Assembly: GCA_964479875.1 (NCBI GenBank)
Contig: CAYZNM010000016.1
Coordinates: 412-64,411, forward strand
Length of the DNA stretch: 64,000 nucleotides
Direction: 5' to 3'
Origin: an uncultured Eubacteriales bacterium
Lineage (GTDB): Bacteria; Bacillota; Clostridia; Monoglobales; CAYZNM01
Under the pieces are notes generated by a model. The model had not been told where the DNA came from and ran no database searches. It saw nothing but the letters and a program-made list of their open reading frames with translations. Each line of letters begins with the position of its first letter. Within the stretch, counting starts at the first letter, position 1. Both the position numbers and the translations under genes were made by a program. This document shows positions 26,390 to 36,960 of this stretch, piece after piece.

Positions 26390-28633
26390 TTACCTCCTAT
26401 CCTTTACCGCGGCAGATAGTGCGGGGATTGTTACGCCGGCGTGTGTCACCTGCGATTCCGTGTAGTTTACGTAGATGTCTTTTCCATTTGAATAACTAAC
26501 CACTGTTAAGCCGGAGCGCGGTATGTCGCGGTTTATGATTGTTGCGCCTTCGACCTTTGACAGCACACTGTTGATTTTGTTGTATGCGTCCTTTATTCTG
26601 TTTTCCCAGTCCTCAAAGCATGTTGAGTTGTAGTCGGTCACTGTTGTTTTGAATATCTCGTGGTTTTTAAGCTGCGTCATAACGAAGGCGGGGTATGTGC
26701 CGTAGTCGATGTGCTTTAGTATGTCGGTCGCTGTGTGGAAGTCGACATTGCTGTAGGGCGCGAATATGTCGACGTAGCCTTTAAGCACGATTTGCAGGAA
26801 CGGCACTGTGTCGGTTTCGTACATATACTGCCCATTGGACATCGGCGCGTTGTAGAAGCCGTCGATGTATTCCCACATAAAGGCATTGGGTGCGCTTATG
26901 CCTAGGTATTGTGCGTTCGTGTTGCTTATGCTGTTTTTGTACATCTCCTTAACGTCGGAGCGTACGTTTATCTCGCTCTTGTAGTGGTTGCTGTACAGCC
27001 TGTCGCCTACTGATGAGAGCATTAGTCCTAGGCCTTCATCTTCCGATAGCTTGCCTGCTTTGTCGATTATCTCGACGGTTAAGGCAGGTTTTAGGAAGTA
27101 GGAATCCATCTTGAATAGGTTGTGGTTGTACTTCCAAACGGATATGGGCGACTGCGATACGGTGATTGTGCCTTCGCGGCGTATGTCGAGCTGTCCGTCT
27201 TTTGCCATCAGCGGGTCAAATGCTAGAGAGAATACCCCTTTGCCTTTTAGTAGGTCTGCTATCGCTGTGATGTCGGATTTCTTGCCTGTCTGCGGATTTA
27301 GCTTGACTTCCTTCGGCTTGCTGCCTGATAGGCCGCCGTTTTGCCAGCCTAGCAGTGCGACGTTGAGGTTGGTAATTCCACCGCTCATTATATCGTTTAC
27401 GCTTTCTTTTACAAAGGGAAGCGATGTGATTTTTTTGGTGCTGTCGAATATGAAGCCGCTTTCGCGGTCGGCGCAGATGAAGTCGAGTTTTAGCGGAATG
27501 TCGCCGGATTGCTTGCGCTGCTTTAGTACGCCCAGTTCGATTAACTCCTGCTGATACAAGAGAGCCATGCCGACGTAATCTGCTTTGTCGCCTGTCAGCA
27601 GCTTAAACTCAAGCTTTGCTTCGACAGGATTGCGCGTCTTTTGCACAACCTGTATACCTGAGCCGCTTTTTTCGGTGGGGAGCTGATACTTCTGCCGCAG
27701 GATAAACTTCGCGGCAACCCAGTTGTAGTCTGTGGTTACGCCGCTCGGGGTCGCCATTATGCTTGCGTATTCCTCGCCGCTTTTAATTTGGGCGAAAAAT
27801 GCGTGCTGCTTTGTTCCATGCACCATGCCGAATACAGGCATGAGAACAGTCGGCTCATCGGTTAAAAATTCGTTTAAGCGAATGGAGCGTAAGTTGTTCA
27901 GCACTTCTGTGCTTTCTATGCCGAAGTCGCTGCCGTAGACGCGCTTCTCGAATCCTTTGAGGTAGCTGGAGATTGAGGAGAAGCGTATTAGTGCGCCGTT
28001 TCCGTCCGGCACGAACATATAGCCCGGGATTTCATTGCCTTGGGTTGTGCCGAGGAATGGCAGGAAGTATAGCGACGATATTGTGTAATCGCCATCCTCC
28101 TTCAAGGAGTTATGGCTGAATGTGAACACGAGACTGTCGCTGCTCATCTCCATCTCGAATGTGAAGCTTATCGAGAGCGGCTCGATGTTTACGTCGAACA
28201 GCAGCTTGCTTCCGCTTTTTTTCATGCTCACTTTCGCGTCGGAGTGACCTATGCCCATCGATTTTTCGTTGCCTGTTTTGTCGTAGTAGCTGATTGCGGC
28301 AATTGAGTTGCCCATCGACGCCCAGGTCGAGTTCATATTGTCGGGCTTGTCGGAGCTTACGCCGCCCCAAATGTAGCCGGAGCGTTTGTCTAAAACTCGT
28401 ACCGCTGCCGTTTGCTCGCGGAACCAAAACTGCATGATGTCGTTTTCCATCATCAAGTTGAAGCCTTCTGTCGAGAGGTAATTCTCCTGCTTTACGAAAG
28501 CAGGCTCGGTCAGCGTGAACCTGTTCGACTTTAGCGTACGGTCCGCGCCTTCTGCGAAGGCAGATGTTGCCAGCAGCATAATCGCAAGCAGCAACGCTGC
28601 TGCTTTACCTGCATATCTTTTAAGCGGCGACAT
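26390..28633 (-). CDS. DUF5696-like secreted protein
   Basis: Signal peptide; GYMFVPDG.GALIRF, MPVFGM, GWQ.GG and PFLQIVLKGY...PYSN motifs; typical position between Yip1/NHL genes and permeases. Confidence 0.75.
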   Translation of the reverse strand: MSPLKRYAGKAAALLLAIMLLATSAFAEGADRTLKSNRFTLTEPAFVKQENYLSTEGFNLMMENDIMQFWFREQTAAVRVLDKRSGYIWGGVSSDKPDNMNSTWASMGNSIAAISYYDKTGNEKSMGIGHSDAKVSMKKSGSKLLFDVNIEPLSISFTFEMEMSSDSLVFTFSHNSLKEDGDYTISSLYFLPFLGTTQGNEIPGYMFVPDGNGALIRFSSISSYLKGFEKRVYGSDFGIESTEVLNNLRSIRLNEFLTDEPTVLMPVFGMVHGTKQHAFFAQIKSGEEYASIMATPSGVTTDYNWVAAKFILRQKYQLPTEKSGSGIQVVQKTRNPVEAKLEFKLLTGDKADYVGMALLYQQELIELGVLKQRKQSGDIPLKLDFICADRESGFIFDSTKKITSLPFVKESVNDIMSGGITNLNVALLGWQNGGLSGSKPKEVKLNPQTGKKSDITAIADLLKGKGVFSLAFDPLMAKDGQLDIRREGTITVSQSPISVWKYNHNLFKMDSYFLKPALTVEIIDKAGKLSEDEGLGLMLSSVGDRLYSNHYKSEINVRSDVKEMYKNSISNTNAQYLGISAPNAFMWEYIDGFYNAPMSNGQYMYETDTVPFLQIVLKGYVDIFAPYSNVDFHTATDILKHIDYGTYPAFVMTQLKNHEIFKTTVTDYNSTCFEDWENRIKDAYNKINSVLSKVEGATIINRDIPRSGLTVVSYSNGKDIYVNYTESQVTHAGVTIPALSAAVKDRR

Positions 28634-30662
28634 GGAACATTACCTCCTTGAAGATAGAGTAGATTAGGTTGATTATTTGATCCCAGAACATCTGAATCAT
28701 CGAGAACACCAGTATTACAACGCACATGAAGAATACTGTAAGCAGTATGTTCTTGAATATGTCCCCGAATTCATAGTCGTGTATTTCCCTCAAGCCGACG
28801 ATTACTTGTATTGCTGTCCAGCCGATTAGTACGGTTGTCGGGAATGTCACGAGGAATATCTCGTTATTCGTTATAAAGTGCGACGCTATTATTACGACAG
28901 GGGCGAATATTATGAACGGCGACAGTGCGTATGCCGTGAGTACGTATACATCGCGGAAGCGTCCCTCGCCTTCGTTGATGGAGCTTACCATGTAGTTGCA
29001 GACAATCCATAGCCCAATCGGGAGGAAGAATTGCTGCGCCAGCATCATAAGCGGCACTTTGCTTGCGTCGTCAGAGTTTACTATAAAGCCTTTGCCTAGC
29101 ATGAACCAGCAGAATATTACAAAGCCTATAGCATATAGCAAAGTCGCAGACTTTGCACTGCCTTGCAGGTCGTGGCGTATGTCGTAGTAGCTGTCGAATG
29201 GGTGACGGATAAAGCTTTTGGTGAAGATGATGTCGCTGACAAATCTGTTGCTGCGCAGCTTTTTCATGAACTTGCGCATGGGGTTTAGTATGCCTTTGCG
29301 TTTGTCGATTGCGCCGAGTATCTTCAATAATATATACAGCAGCAGTATGGATAGGATAATGTATCCAACGTTTGAGGTTATCCACTCGTTGCGGATTTCC
29401 CAATAGGCGTTGGAGTAGCCGCCTTGCTCGCCTGCTATTTTGTAGTTTTCCATCGCTTGCTCGAATTGCTGCGTTTGGAAGTAGCAGTCGGCTATGCCTA
29501 GGTGGGTTATCTTGGTGCTGCCGCTTTCTTGCAGGACGTTTTCCCAGATTGCGCGGCTTTCGTCGTATTTGCCTTGTTCGTATAGGCTTATCGCGGTATG
29601 AACGGATTTGGCAAATTCGGTCGGCGCGAATACGTGAACCTTGGCGCGTTCTTTGTCCAGCACGTACAAATTATCGCTGTCATCTACTGCGATAGCGGAT
29701 ACTAACGTGAACAAGCCGTTGCGCTCTACTGCTAACGCTTGACCGCCGAAGGAGAATACTAGATTGCCGAAGTTGTCGTACTCGAAAACTAAGCCGTTTT
29801 CGTTTACAACATAAATTTGTCCGTACCGCCCGATTGTTATGTCGGCGATGTTGTAGTCGGCGACCATAAAGTTTTTCTCAAGCATGTCTACGCCGGCGAT
29901 GTTGTGCTTTTTGATAGGACGCTCACGGCTGTTTGAGCCATAGGTTACAGAGTAGAGCAAGCCGCGATTGTCGCGTGCGACATTGCTGAATGCGCGCGGG
30001 ATTTTGTTAAACAATCGTTCCTTCTGCTCGTCTGAAAAGAATGTTTCCTGCAATAGCTCGATTAATGTGAGCGGCACTTGATTGTAGCCGAAGTAGCCTA
30101 AAAATTCGCCGTCCGGCGCAAGCTGAATTATTCCGTCGAACGAACCTTCGCCCACTAGGTAGACAATGCCTTTTTCATCGGCGGTAATTTTCATCGGGCG
30201 ATAAACGTTGTTTTCGCCGTAGGTAACAGTGGTGGGGCGGGGGTATTCGCGCAACAGCTCGCCCTCGCTCGAGAACATGAACGCTTTTTCTAAGCCCATG
30301 TCGGCAACGTAGATGTTGCCGCTTTGTGTCACGTATACACCTGTCGGCATCGACAGTACGTCAGAGCCGAAAGCGGTAATTTCGCCCGTTTCAAGGTCGA
30401 GTATAACAATTTCGCCGTGACCTGTATCGGTGACATACAGCTTGTTACCGCGTACATATAAATCCTCCGGCGACGATAGGCTATAGTCGCCGAACAAGAT
30501 TGAATCAACAAGGTAAGCGTCCTTGGTTTTCATCCAATACCAATCGGCGGACAGCGTGTAGGTGTACGCCGTAGCGTTAACCGCGCCGACTACCGTCGGA
30601 GCAAGCAGCATTAATGTGAACACAAACGCCATTGCGGCGCAAATAATTCGTAATCTTCTCAT
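28620..30662 (-). CDS. NHL-repeat + TPR + Yip1 membrane protein
   Basis: Signal peptide, repeated P.D/G.YV....IYVAD beta-propeller blades, helical TPR-like segment, C-terminal 5-TM Yip1-like domain (RHPFDSYYDIRH...EGEGRF). Confidence 0.8.
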   Translation of the reverse strand: MRRLRIICAAMAFVFTLMLLAPTVVGAVNATAYTYTLSADWYWMKTKDAYLVDSILFGDYSLSSPEDLYVRGNKLYVTDTGHGEIVILDLETGEITAFGSDVLSMPTGVYVTQSGNIYVADMGLEKAFMFSSEGELLREYPRPTTVTYGENNVYRPMKITADEKGIVYLVGEGSFDGIIQLAPDGEFLGYFGYNQVPLTLIELLQETFFSDEQKERLFNKIPRAFSNVARDNRGLLYSVTYGSNSRERPIKKHNIAGVDMLEKNFMVADYNIADITIGRYGQIYVVNENGLVFEYDNFGNLVFSFGGQALAVERNGLFTLVSAIAVDDSDNLYVLDKERAKVHVFAPTEFAKSVHTAISLYEQGKYDESRAIWENVLQESGSTKITHLGIADCYFQTQQFEQAMENYKIAGEQGGYSNAYWEIRNEWITSNVGYIILSILLLYILLKILGAIDKRKGILNPMRKFMKKLRSNRFVSDIIFTKSFIRHPFDSYYDIRHDLQGSAKSATLLYAIGFVIFCWFMLGKGFIVNSDDASKVPLMMLAQQFFLPIGLWIVCNYMVSSINEGEGRFRDVYVLTAYALSPFIIFAPVVIIASHFITNNEIFLVTFPTTVLIGWTAIQVIVGLREIHDYEFGDIFKNILLTVFFMCVVILVFSMIQMFWDQIINLIYSIFKEVMFHVAA

Positions 30663-30673
30663 CTATAATCACC

Positions 30674-31555
30674 TTATTTTATACCGGAATGCGCCATCGT
30701 GTTCATTACGTTTGATTGCAGTATGACGAATAGAATCAGATTCGGCAGGAACATTATAAGCGAAGCTGCCGCCGATATTCCCTGCCCTGCGAGTGTATTG
30801 CCCCCCGAAGCTGTGGAGGACAGTGTCGACATGTAAAACGCGAAGGTCTTTAGATTTTCTTGATTGATAAACATAGTGGACGCTTCCACCGAGTTCCACG
30901 ACGCTTGGAACGAAAGTATCGCAACCGTCGCAATCGCAGGCTTGATTATCGGAATGACTATCTTCCATAAGATGTAGTAGTCGCTTGCGCCGTCGATTGA
31001 CGCCGCTTCAACTAATGCCGAAGGGAATTGGTCGATGAATTGTTTTATCAAGAATAAGCCTACGGGCATTGCAAGCATTGGCATGACATGCGAAAAGAAA
31101 TTGTCAAGCAGACCGAGCTGCTTTATAACTAAGTATCGCGGAATCGCTACCGCTACCGCAACAAACATCATGGAAAGCGTGTTCATCTTGAAAACTAACG
31201 CCTTGCCCTTGAACTCCTTCTTCGACAAAACATAGCCTGCCGAAACCGAAAAGATGATGGACAGCAGCATTACAAGCGCGGTTGAAATCAAGCTGTTAAA
31301 TATATACAGCGACATAGGCTGCGCCGATTCGCTTGCGGCGTAAAACAGCTTCTTGAAATTGTCAAGCACAGGCCGCAGCGTGATAAATCGCGGCGGGTAT
31401 GCGAACAATTCGTCAATCGGCTTAAACGCGTGAAATATGATGAAAACAATCGGAAGCAGCATGAATAGCGCGAAAGGCACTATTATAAGGTAAAACTTAA
31501 TCTGGCTTCTCTCAAATTTGTCAGGGTTTATTTTTATAGTCCTAAGCGTTGCCAT
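30674..31555 (-). CDS. Carbohydrate ABC transporter permease
   Basis: LVEAASIDGAS and IKPAIATVAIL.FQ..WN motifs. Confidence 0.93.
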   Translation of the reverse strand: MATLRTIKINPDKFERSQIKFYLIIVPFALFMLLPIVFIIFHAFKPIDELFAYPPRFITLRPVLDNFKKLFYAASESAQPMSLYIFNSLISTALVMLLSIIFSVSAGYVLSKKEFKGKALVFKMNTLSMMFVAVAVAIPRYLVIKQLGLLDNFFSHVMPMLAMPVGLFLIKQFIDQFPSALVEAASIDGASDYYILWKIVIPIIKPAIATVAILSFQASWNSVEASTMFINQENLKTFAFYMSTLSSTASGGNTLAGQGISAAASLIMFLPNLILFVILQSNVMNTMAHSGIK

Positions 31556-31574
31556 TATGTCAGTCCCTTCTGGA

Positions 31575-32486
31575 TTAATCGGAGAACAGCTTGTATGAAA
31601 CCTTGGAGGCTAGCCATATTATGCCTAGCAATATAGTTGACAACGCCGCGGCGTAACCCATTTCGTAACGCAGGAAGCCGAAGTCCTCGATGTGGTTTAC
31701 GATTAATTGCGCCGAATACAACGGAGTTGGGTTCGAGCCTGAAAGCGCGACGCCTATTCCGGCGGAGTTAAATGTACCCACAACAGCCATTACCGCGCCG
31801 AAAAGCATTTGCGGCTTTATCATGGGGATTGTGATGTAGAATACCTCCTGCAAGCGATTCTTCACTCCGTCGATGTAGCCTGCTTCGTATACCTCGGCGT
31901 CGACGTTGAGTATGCCGCTTAGCATTGCCAAAAAGCCTACGCCCATGCTCGACCACAGTGCGACAATTATAACAATAGTCATTAGGTAATCAGGCGATTG
32001 CAGCCATATCACAGGCTCTTGTATTACGCCCATTCGCAGCATGAAGCTGTTGAGGTAACCCAATCTGTCGCCGGAAAATATTACGCCCCACAACGTAGTC
32101 ATAGTAACGCCAGAAGTCATCGAGGGCGAATATATGATTACGGCGAGAATAGTGCGCGGCACTTTTGTAAGCTGCGCAAGCACCCATGCCAAAAAGAACG
32201 ACAGCATGTATCCGCCCGGGCCTATAATTAGTGCATACATTACTGTGTTCGGCAGTACCTTCTGCATGAACACCGAATCCTGTGTGAGGATTGAGATGTA
32301 GTTCTTCAAGCCTACAAAGCTCGGAAACTGTACGGAGTCAAACTTAGTCACCGACAGACCAATCGCAATTATAACAGGGATCACGATGAAGAATGTAAAT
32401 GTCAAGAAAAATGGCGCAAGCATGACATAATGCGAATGATTATTTAAAAATGCCTTAACATTGCCCATAAGTGTTTTCTTTTTCAT
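31575..32486 (-). CDS. Sugar ABC transporter permease
   Basis: YEAGYIDGV...QEVFYITIP.IKPQMLFG and HIEDFGFLRYEMGYAAALS. Confidence 0.93.
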   Translation of the reverse strand: MKKKTLMGNVKAFLNNHSHYVMLAPFFLTFTFFIVIPVIIAIGLSVTKFDSVQFPSFVGLKNYISILTQDSVFMQKVLPNTVMYALIIGPGGYMLSFFLAWVLAQLTKVPRTILAVIIYSPSMTSGVTMTTLWGVIFSGDRLGYLNSFMLRMGVIQEPVIWLQSPDYLMTIVIIVALWSSMGVGFLAMLSGILNVDAEVYEAGYIDGVKNRLQEVFYITIPMIKPQMLFGAVMAVVGTFNSAGIGVALSGSNPTPLYSAQLIVNHIEDFGFLRYEMGYAAALSTILLGIIWLASKVSYKLFSD

Positions 32487-35197
32487 TGGCTCACCCCTAA
32501 GATTTCGGCAGGGGTTAATATTTTATAGTCCCTGACCTTTACGCCGTCCTTGATGTAGCCGAATTCGTCCAGCTTGCGTTCGATTTCGCGATTGATGTTG
32601 ATTGCGGCGCTATCCATAGCGACGCGTGCGCTCCAGCCTTGGTCGACTACGTTTATCCACGCGCTTGTTAATTCGCGCTCGAGCAGGTATCCGGCAGGAT
32701 GCCTGGGCACTTCTATAAGCTCGCTCCATTGTTGCAGGATTACGTCCTTGTGCTTTTGCGGCATTTGCAGCTTGTCGAAGGCTTTTAGGTTGCCGGGATT
32801 GTACATATACTCGGGGCCGAACTTTGTTTGCATCGAGTAGCTGTATTCCGTCTGCGTGTCCTCGCTAAGCCACCACTTCAAAAATTCCCACGACTCCTGC
32901 TTCATCTCGGAGCTTTCAAAGATAACGTTTGCACGTTCTGCCGCGGTGTAGCTGCGGTTAATGCTGCCGTCGGGACGACGCGTGCCGGGTGCGATTGCTA
33001 TATCCCATCGCCCTGCTATTTCAGGCGCGGCATTCACAAGCTTAACATATTCCGCGAAAGCGCACACGCCGATCGGCACCGTGCCGTAACGGAAGCTATT
33101 GTAAAAGTTTGGTATATTTTTTTGCAGCGCGTAGTTGCTGTACAGGTTGGTCAATGTTTCAAAGCCTTTTATTGATGCTTCGGAGTTTATCAGCGTTTTA
33201 AAGCCGTCCTCTGAATAAATCTCGCCGCCGTTTTGGAAAATAAAGGGGGTTGTGCTGTACAGCGGCTTATTACCTGTCCATTGCGACAGCGGAATAAACA
33301 TATTCATTCCGTTGCGGCGCAGCACCGGCATTAGGTCTGCCACGTCGTCCCACGTTTCGGGAATCTCAATGCCTAAATCCTCGAGTATGTCTGTGCGATA
33401 TATCAGGACGAAGTAGTCCATTGTGTCAATCGTGCCGTAGATTTTTCCGTCGAACACAAAGGTTTGGAAGGCGTTTATGTTAAACTGACCTTCCATGAAA
33501 TCCTTGAAATCAGGGAATTGCGTGAAGTCGGTTATCGCGCCGCGCAGCGCAAGGTCGTAAGGCGTAGCCGCCCACAGTCCCATTGCAACATCGGGTGAAG
33601 TTGCCGACGCATTCGACAGTATCAGCTTTTGCTCATTCGGCATGATGGAGAATTTCACGTTAATGCCTGTGTTCGGCGTAAACTTTGAGTCTGCCAAAAC
33701 TTGCATTTGCTCTACGTACTGTATCGTTCGGTTAACCCATACGTTGATTTCGCCTTCGCTTTTCACGTCCGCCGTGTATTGGTTGCGCGGGCTGAATATC
33801 GACATGAAGAAGCGTTTCACGCCTTCGGCAAGGCTGCTGAAAAAGCCTTCCTTTGCAGGGGGGAGTTTCTGACCGTTGCTAATATACAGCCTGTCGACGG
33901 AGAGGTTTTGCAGCTCTGCATCGGTGATAAAGTCAGCAATCATCTGCGTAACCGAGCCGCTGCCTTGACTTAACAGGTTCAGCTTCGCCGGAATCTTCTT
34001 CGGCTTCTCTAAGATTGTGTTGAGAGCCTTTGATGCAAGGTTTAATGTGGTGGACGCTTTGGGGTTGCCCTTATAGGTTGCGGTAAAGTTCTTGTACATG
34101 TCCGCAAGCTCATTCTTGTAGCCTTCCAATGTGGAAATAAGCCCCGGGATATAGGTTTCGATGTCCCAGCTTCTGTTTGCTACAACGCTTGTGCCTGCTA
34201 TCTTGCCGATCTCAAGCCCTATGTCGGAGATGTCCTCCAATATTTCGTACGCCCTATCTATATAGGAAGAAATAGGTGCGCCGTCCAGCATTATGCGTAT
34301 GGTGTGGCTGCCCTTTTCAAGGTAAATCTCGTACGGACTATCGCCGCCCAAAGTCATATTCTCGTATTCCACGCCTGTGTACGGGAATGCGTACGAATAC
34401 AGCTCCTCAAACGGAATCTCGCCGTCGATAAACACGCTGCCGAATACAGGCATGTTCTGCTTTTCCGTTTGCGAATACCTTAGCGTGACATTGTAAAATC
34501 CGCTGCTGTCCACATCAAATTGCCACTCAACCCACTGTCCACTGTCTTTGAAGGATTTTGGGTCGATGACGTTGAGTAGCTTTGCGTCAAGCTGATACGG
34601 ATACAGAGCTTTGTTTTGCACGCTTTTCGGGCGAATAAAAGAATCCGACTTGGACGAATATTTTTCGGCTTCTATTATTACATAGCTATCCCCTGCGCTT
34701 CCCGAATGCGACGACAGATATTGTTGATAATTCGGCAGGGTTTTAGGTGCGACAGCGTAGATGTCCTGCACCTCTATCGCTATCTTTGAATTATGTATTG
34801 TTATTGTGTTGCTGCCATTTTTTAGGTAGAAGGTCGCGGGAGATTTGTTGGTGGATACGCTGTTTCGCATTAACGTTGTCTGCAGCTCTTTGATAGTTTG
34901 CTGGTCAGGCAATGCGTCGTTGCCGTAGCGGTCTTTTGAGTATGTTTCTTCTTCATCTTTCCACAGCGAGTTAAGCTCAACGACAGTTTCGCTGCCGTTG
35001 CACACTACTGTTATCGGACTGTTCAGCAATATGTCTTCAAGCGGCTGATAGGTTATAGCAAGGTTGTATTCGCCGTCGGCAGGTGCTTCCACTGTAACTT
35101 CGGCCGTGCCGTTGCTGTCTACGACAAGGCCTTCGGCGAAAGCTGTCGCGGTGCATAGCAGAATCGCCAACGCAAAAGCTGCAAGTAATTTCCTCAT
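32483..35197 (-). CDS. Large multidomain solute-binding protein (CBM-like N-terminal domains + C-terminal sugar-binding domain)
   Basis: 904 aa, signal peptide, IEAEKY and W.F.V...G.Y....RY.Q beta-sandwich signatures, helical linker, C-terminal SBP (PDVAMG, YRTDILE.LG...PETWDD). Confidence 0.82.
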   Translation of the reverse strand: MRKLLAAFALAILLCTATAFAEGLVVDSNGTAEVTVEAPADGEYNLAITYQPLEDILLNSPITVVCNGSETVVELNSLWKDEEETYSKDRYGNDALPDQQTIKELQTTLMRNSVSTNKSPATFYLKNGSNTITIHNSKIAIEVQDIYAVAPKTLPNYQQYLSSHSGSAGDSYVIIEAEKYSSKSDSFIRPKSVQNKALYPYQLDAKLLNVIDPKSFKDSGQWVEWQFDVDSSGFYNVTLRYSQTEKQNMPVFGSVFIDGEIPFEELYSYAFPYTGVEYENMTLGGDSPYEIYLEKGSHTIRIMLDGAPISSYIDRAYEILEDISDIGLEIGKIAGTSVVANRSWDIETYIPGLISTLEGYKNELADMYKNFTATYKGNPKASTTLNLASKALNTILEKPKKIPAKLNLLSQGSGSVTQMIADFITDAELQNLSVDRLYISNGQKLPPAKEGFFSSLAEGVKRFFMSIFSPRNQYTADVKSEGEINVWVNRTIQYVEQMQVLADSKFTPNTGINVKFSIMPNEQKLILSNASATSPDVAMGLWAATPYDLALRGAITDFTQFPDFKDFMEGQFNINAFQTFVFDGKIYGTIDTMDYFVLIYRTDILEDLGIEIPETWDDVADLMPVLRRNGMNMFIPLSQWTGNKPLYSTTPFIFQNGGEIYSEDGFKTLINSEASIKGFETLTNLYSNYALQKNIPNFYNSFRYGTVPIGVCAFAEYVKLVNAAPEIAGRWDIAIAPGTRRPDGSINRSYTAAERANVIFESSEMKQESWEFLKWWLSEDTQTEYSYSMQTKFGPEYMYNPGNLKAFDKLQMPQKHKDVILQQWSELIEVPRHPAGYLLERELTSAWINVVDQGWSARVAMDSAAININREIERKLDEFGYIKDGVKVRDYKILTPAEILGVSQ

Positions 35198-35213
35198 AAT
35201 TACCTCATTTTAT

Positions 35214-35242
35214 AAAAGGGCGGCAGTTTTTGCCGCCCTTTT
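35214..35242 (-). terminator. Intra-operon stem-loop/terminator after first SBP gene
   Basis: AAAAGGGCGGCA-N5-TGCCGCCCTTTT, a perfect 12-bp stem. Confidence 0.75.
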
Positions 35243-35261
35243 GCGTTTTATTTTTTCTATC

Positions 35262-36776
35262 TTACTTAAACTTAGCTTCTAGTTCAGCCCATTGAACCTT
35301 AAATTCAGCGTTAACCTTATCCTCTAAATCCTTCGCAACCGCAGAAGGATTGATTTTGCCTGTTACGAGGTCTTGCAGTATAGGCTCGAGGTGAGGGTTA
35401 ACGAGTGCGGCGATGTCTACAGTTATCTTGTTTGTGTCGCCACGCGGTGCGTTGCCCATGTTTTCATGCATGAACCATTGTCCGGGCAGGGTGTTCTTCG
35501 CTTCCTTCAGCTTTGCAATGATGTCCGGATGTGTTGAGGACGGGAAACCAACTGCGTCATGTGTGATGTTTTCGTTGGGGGTGTTGATTGCAACTTCGAT
35601 AGAGTCGATTGTGCCTTCCTTGCCGTAGGATTTATACTTCATAAGCTCGAATGCCGCTTGTCTGTTTTCATCTTTAACAGCTGTTGTGATGAATGCGTAG
35701 TTTGCGTGAACAGGGTTTCTGTAGCCTACGCCGGGCATTTGGGGATATGGGTAGTAGTCCCAATTAAACGGAAGTGTGCTGTGCCAGCCGCCGCGCTCCC
35801 ATGTTCCGTCTATGTGGAATAATACCTTGCCTTCACGCAGAGCGTCAGCGTCCTTGCCGAATTTCTTTTGGTAGTCGTCCATCATTCCGTTGTCCGTTAA
35901 TGTTGCGTCCTTCATTTCGTCGGAGATGAGGCCTTTGATGCTCTTTAATTCTTTAACGTAGTTTATGCCTTTTTCAAATGCGCCCGATGTGTAGTCGAAG
36001 GTGTGTGTTTCGGGGTTGTATACGTCCATCCATAATTTGTCAGATGATGTTGTTGCGAATGTGTTCCATAAGTTCCATGTGTGTGTTAAGCCCGAGGTTG
36101 TGTCTGTTGTTGCTTTTTTTGCAAGGCGCATGAACTCGTCGATCGTCCAGTCGTATGCAGGCGGGTCTTCGTTCATGGATTCAAGCATGTCGAGGTTTAC
36201 GATGATTGCGTTGTGCACTGTACCCCACGGAGCCGCATACACCTTGCCGCCGTATGAGAATGAATCCCATAAAGCTTTGGGAACATATTGAGCTTCGTCG
36301 TCCTTCTCAAGCATGTCGGATATAGGTGAAATCCAGCCTTGTGAGATGAAGAAGCCGAGTGAATCCCAGCCTTGAACTACGTCGGGCAATTGACCTGCCG
36401 CTGCTGCTGTCGTTAAGTATTGTGTAAGACCTTCCCAACCTACATAGGCGGAAACATTGACTGTTATGTTCGGATATTTTTGTCTGAATAGTTCCAGCTG
36501 AGCTTTTTCGTCAGCTTCAAGGTCGCCCCATGTGGGGAAGCAGTATGATATTGTGCCTGTAACGTCCGCGGGATTGATTGCGGCCGGAGCTTCTTCCTCC
36601 TGTGTTTCGGGTTCTGCTGTTGGGTCAGGCGTTGTTGTTGTGGAATCAGTTGCGGTTGTGTCTTTGGTAGGGGCAGGCGTAGCGGAATTAGATGAACCTC
36701 CGCCTGTACATGCTGTAAGCATTAGCACCAATGCGCACATAAGTGCGGCAAAACTTTTTATTGCTTTCATAAACAT
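35262..36776 (-). CDS. ABC transporter sugar-binding lipoprotein
   Basis: Lipobox LTAC, Thr/Pro/Glu linker, F..KYPNI.V, LPDV and PPAYDWT.DEF. Confidence 0.92.
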   Translation of the reverse strand: MFMKAIKSFAALMCALVLMLTACTGGGSSNSATPAPTKDTTATDSTTTTPDPTAEPETQEEEAPAAINPADVTGTISYCFPTWGDLEADEKAQLELFRQKYPNITVNVSAYVGWEGLTQYLTTAAAAGQLPDVVQGWDSLGFFISQGWISPISDMLEKDDEAQYVPKALWDSFSYGGKVYAAPWGTVHNAIIVNLDMLESMNEDPPAYDWTIDEFMRLAKKATTDTTSGLTHTWNLWNTFATTSSDKLWMDVYNPETHTFDYTSGAFEKGINYVKELKSIKGLISDEMKDATLTDNGMMDDYQKKFGKDADALREGKVLFHIDGTWERGGWHSTLPFNWDYYPYPQMPGVGYRNPVHANYAFITTAVKDENRQAAFELMKYKSYGKEGTIDSIEVAINTPNENITHDAVGFPSSTHPDIIAKLKEAKNTLPGQWFMHENMGNAPRGDTNKITVDIAALVNPHLEPILQDLVTGKINPSAVAKDLEDKVNAEFKVQWAELEAKFK

Positions 36777-36792
36777 TCTCCTTTCTGATTAT

Positions 36793-36844
36793 TGAAACGT
36801 TTTTAATCTAAAACAAGTATAGCATAATATTTCCATGCTGTCAA
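36793..36844 (-). promoter_or_regulatory. Glycan operon promoter with downstream LacI-type operator
   Basis: TTGACA (36844-36839), 17 bp, TG-N-TATACT (36821-36816); operator-like TGAAACGTTTTTAA at 36793-36806, just after the predicted +1. Confidence 0.8.
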
Positions 36845-36930
36845 CAATTATTTTTAGTGCAATGTGACTGACAGTTATGCACATTATACATGTTTTATTC
36901 AATGTTACTTACCATTTTATAATTTAATCT

Positions 36931-36944
36931 TGTAACGTTTTCAC
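36931..36944. promoter_or_regulatory. Second LacI-type operator candidate
   Basis: TGTAACGTTTTCAC: central CG palindrome with the same AACGTTTT core as the other two sites. Confidence 0.6.
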
Positions 36945-36960
36945 ATTTCGGTAAAAAAAA

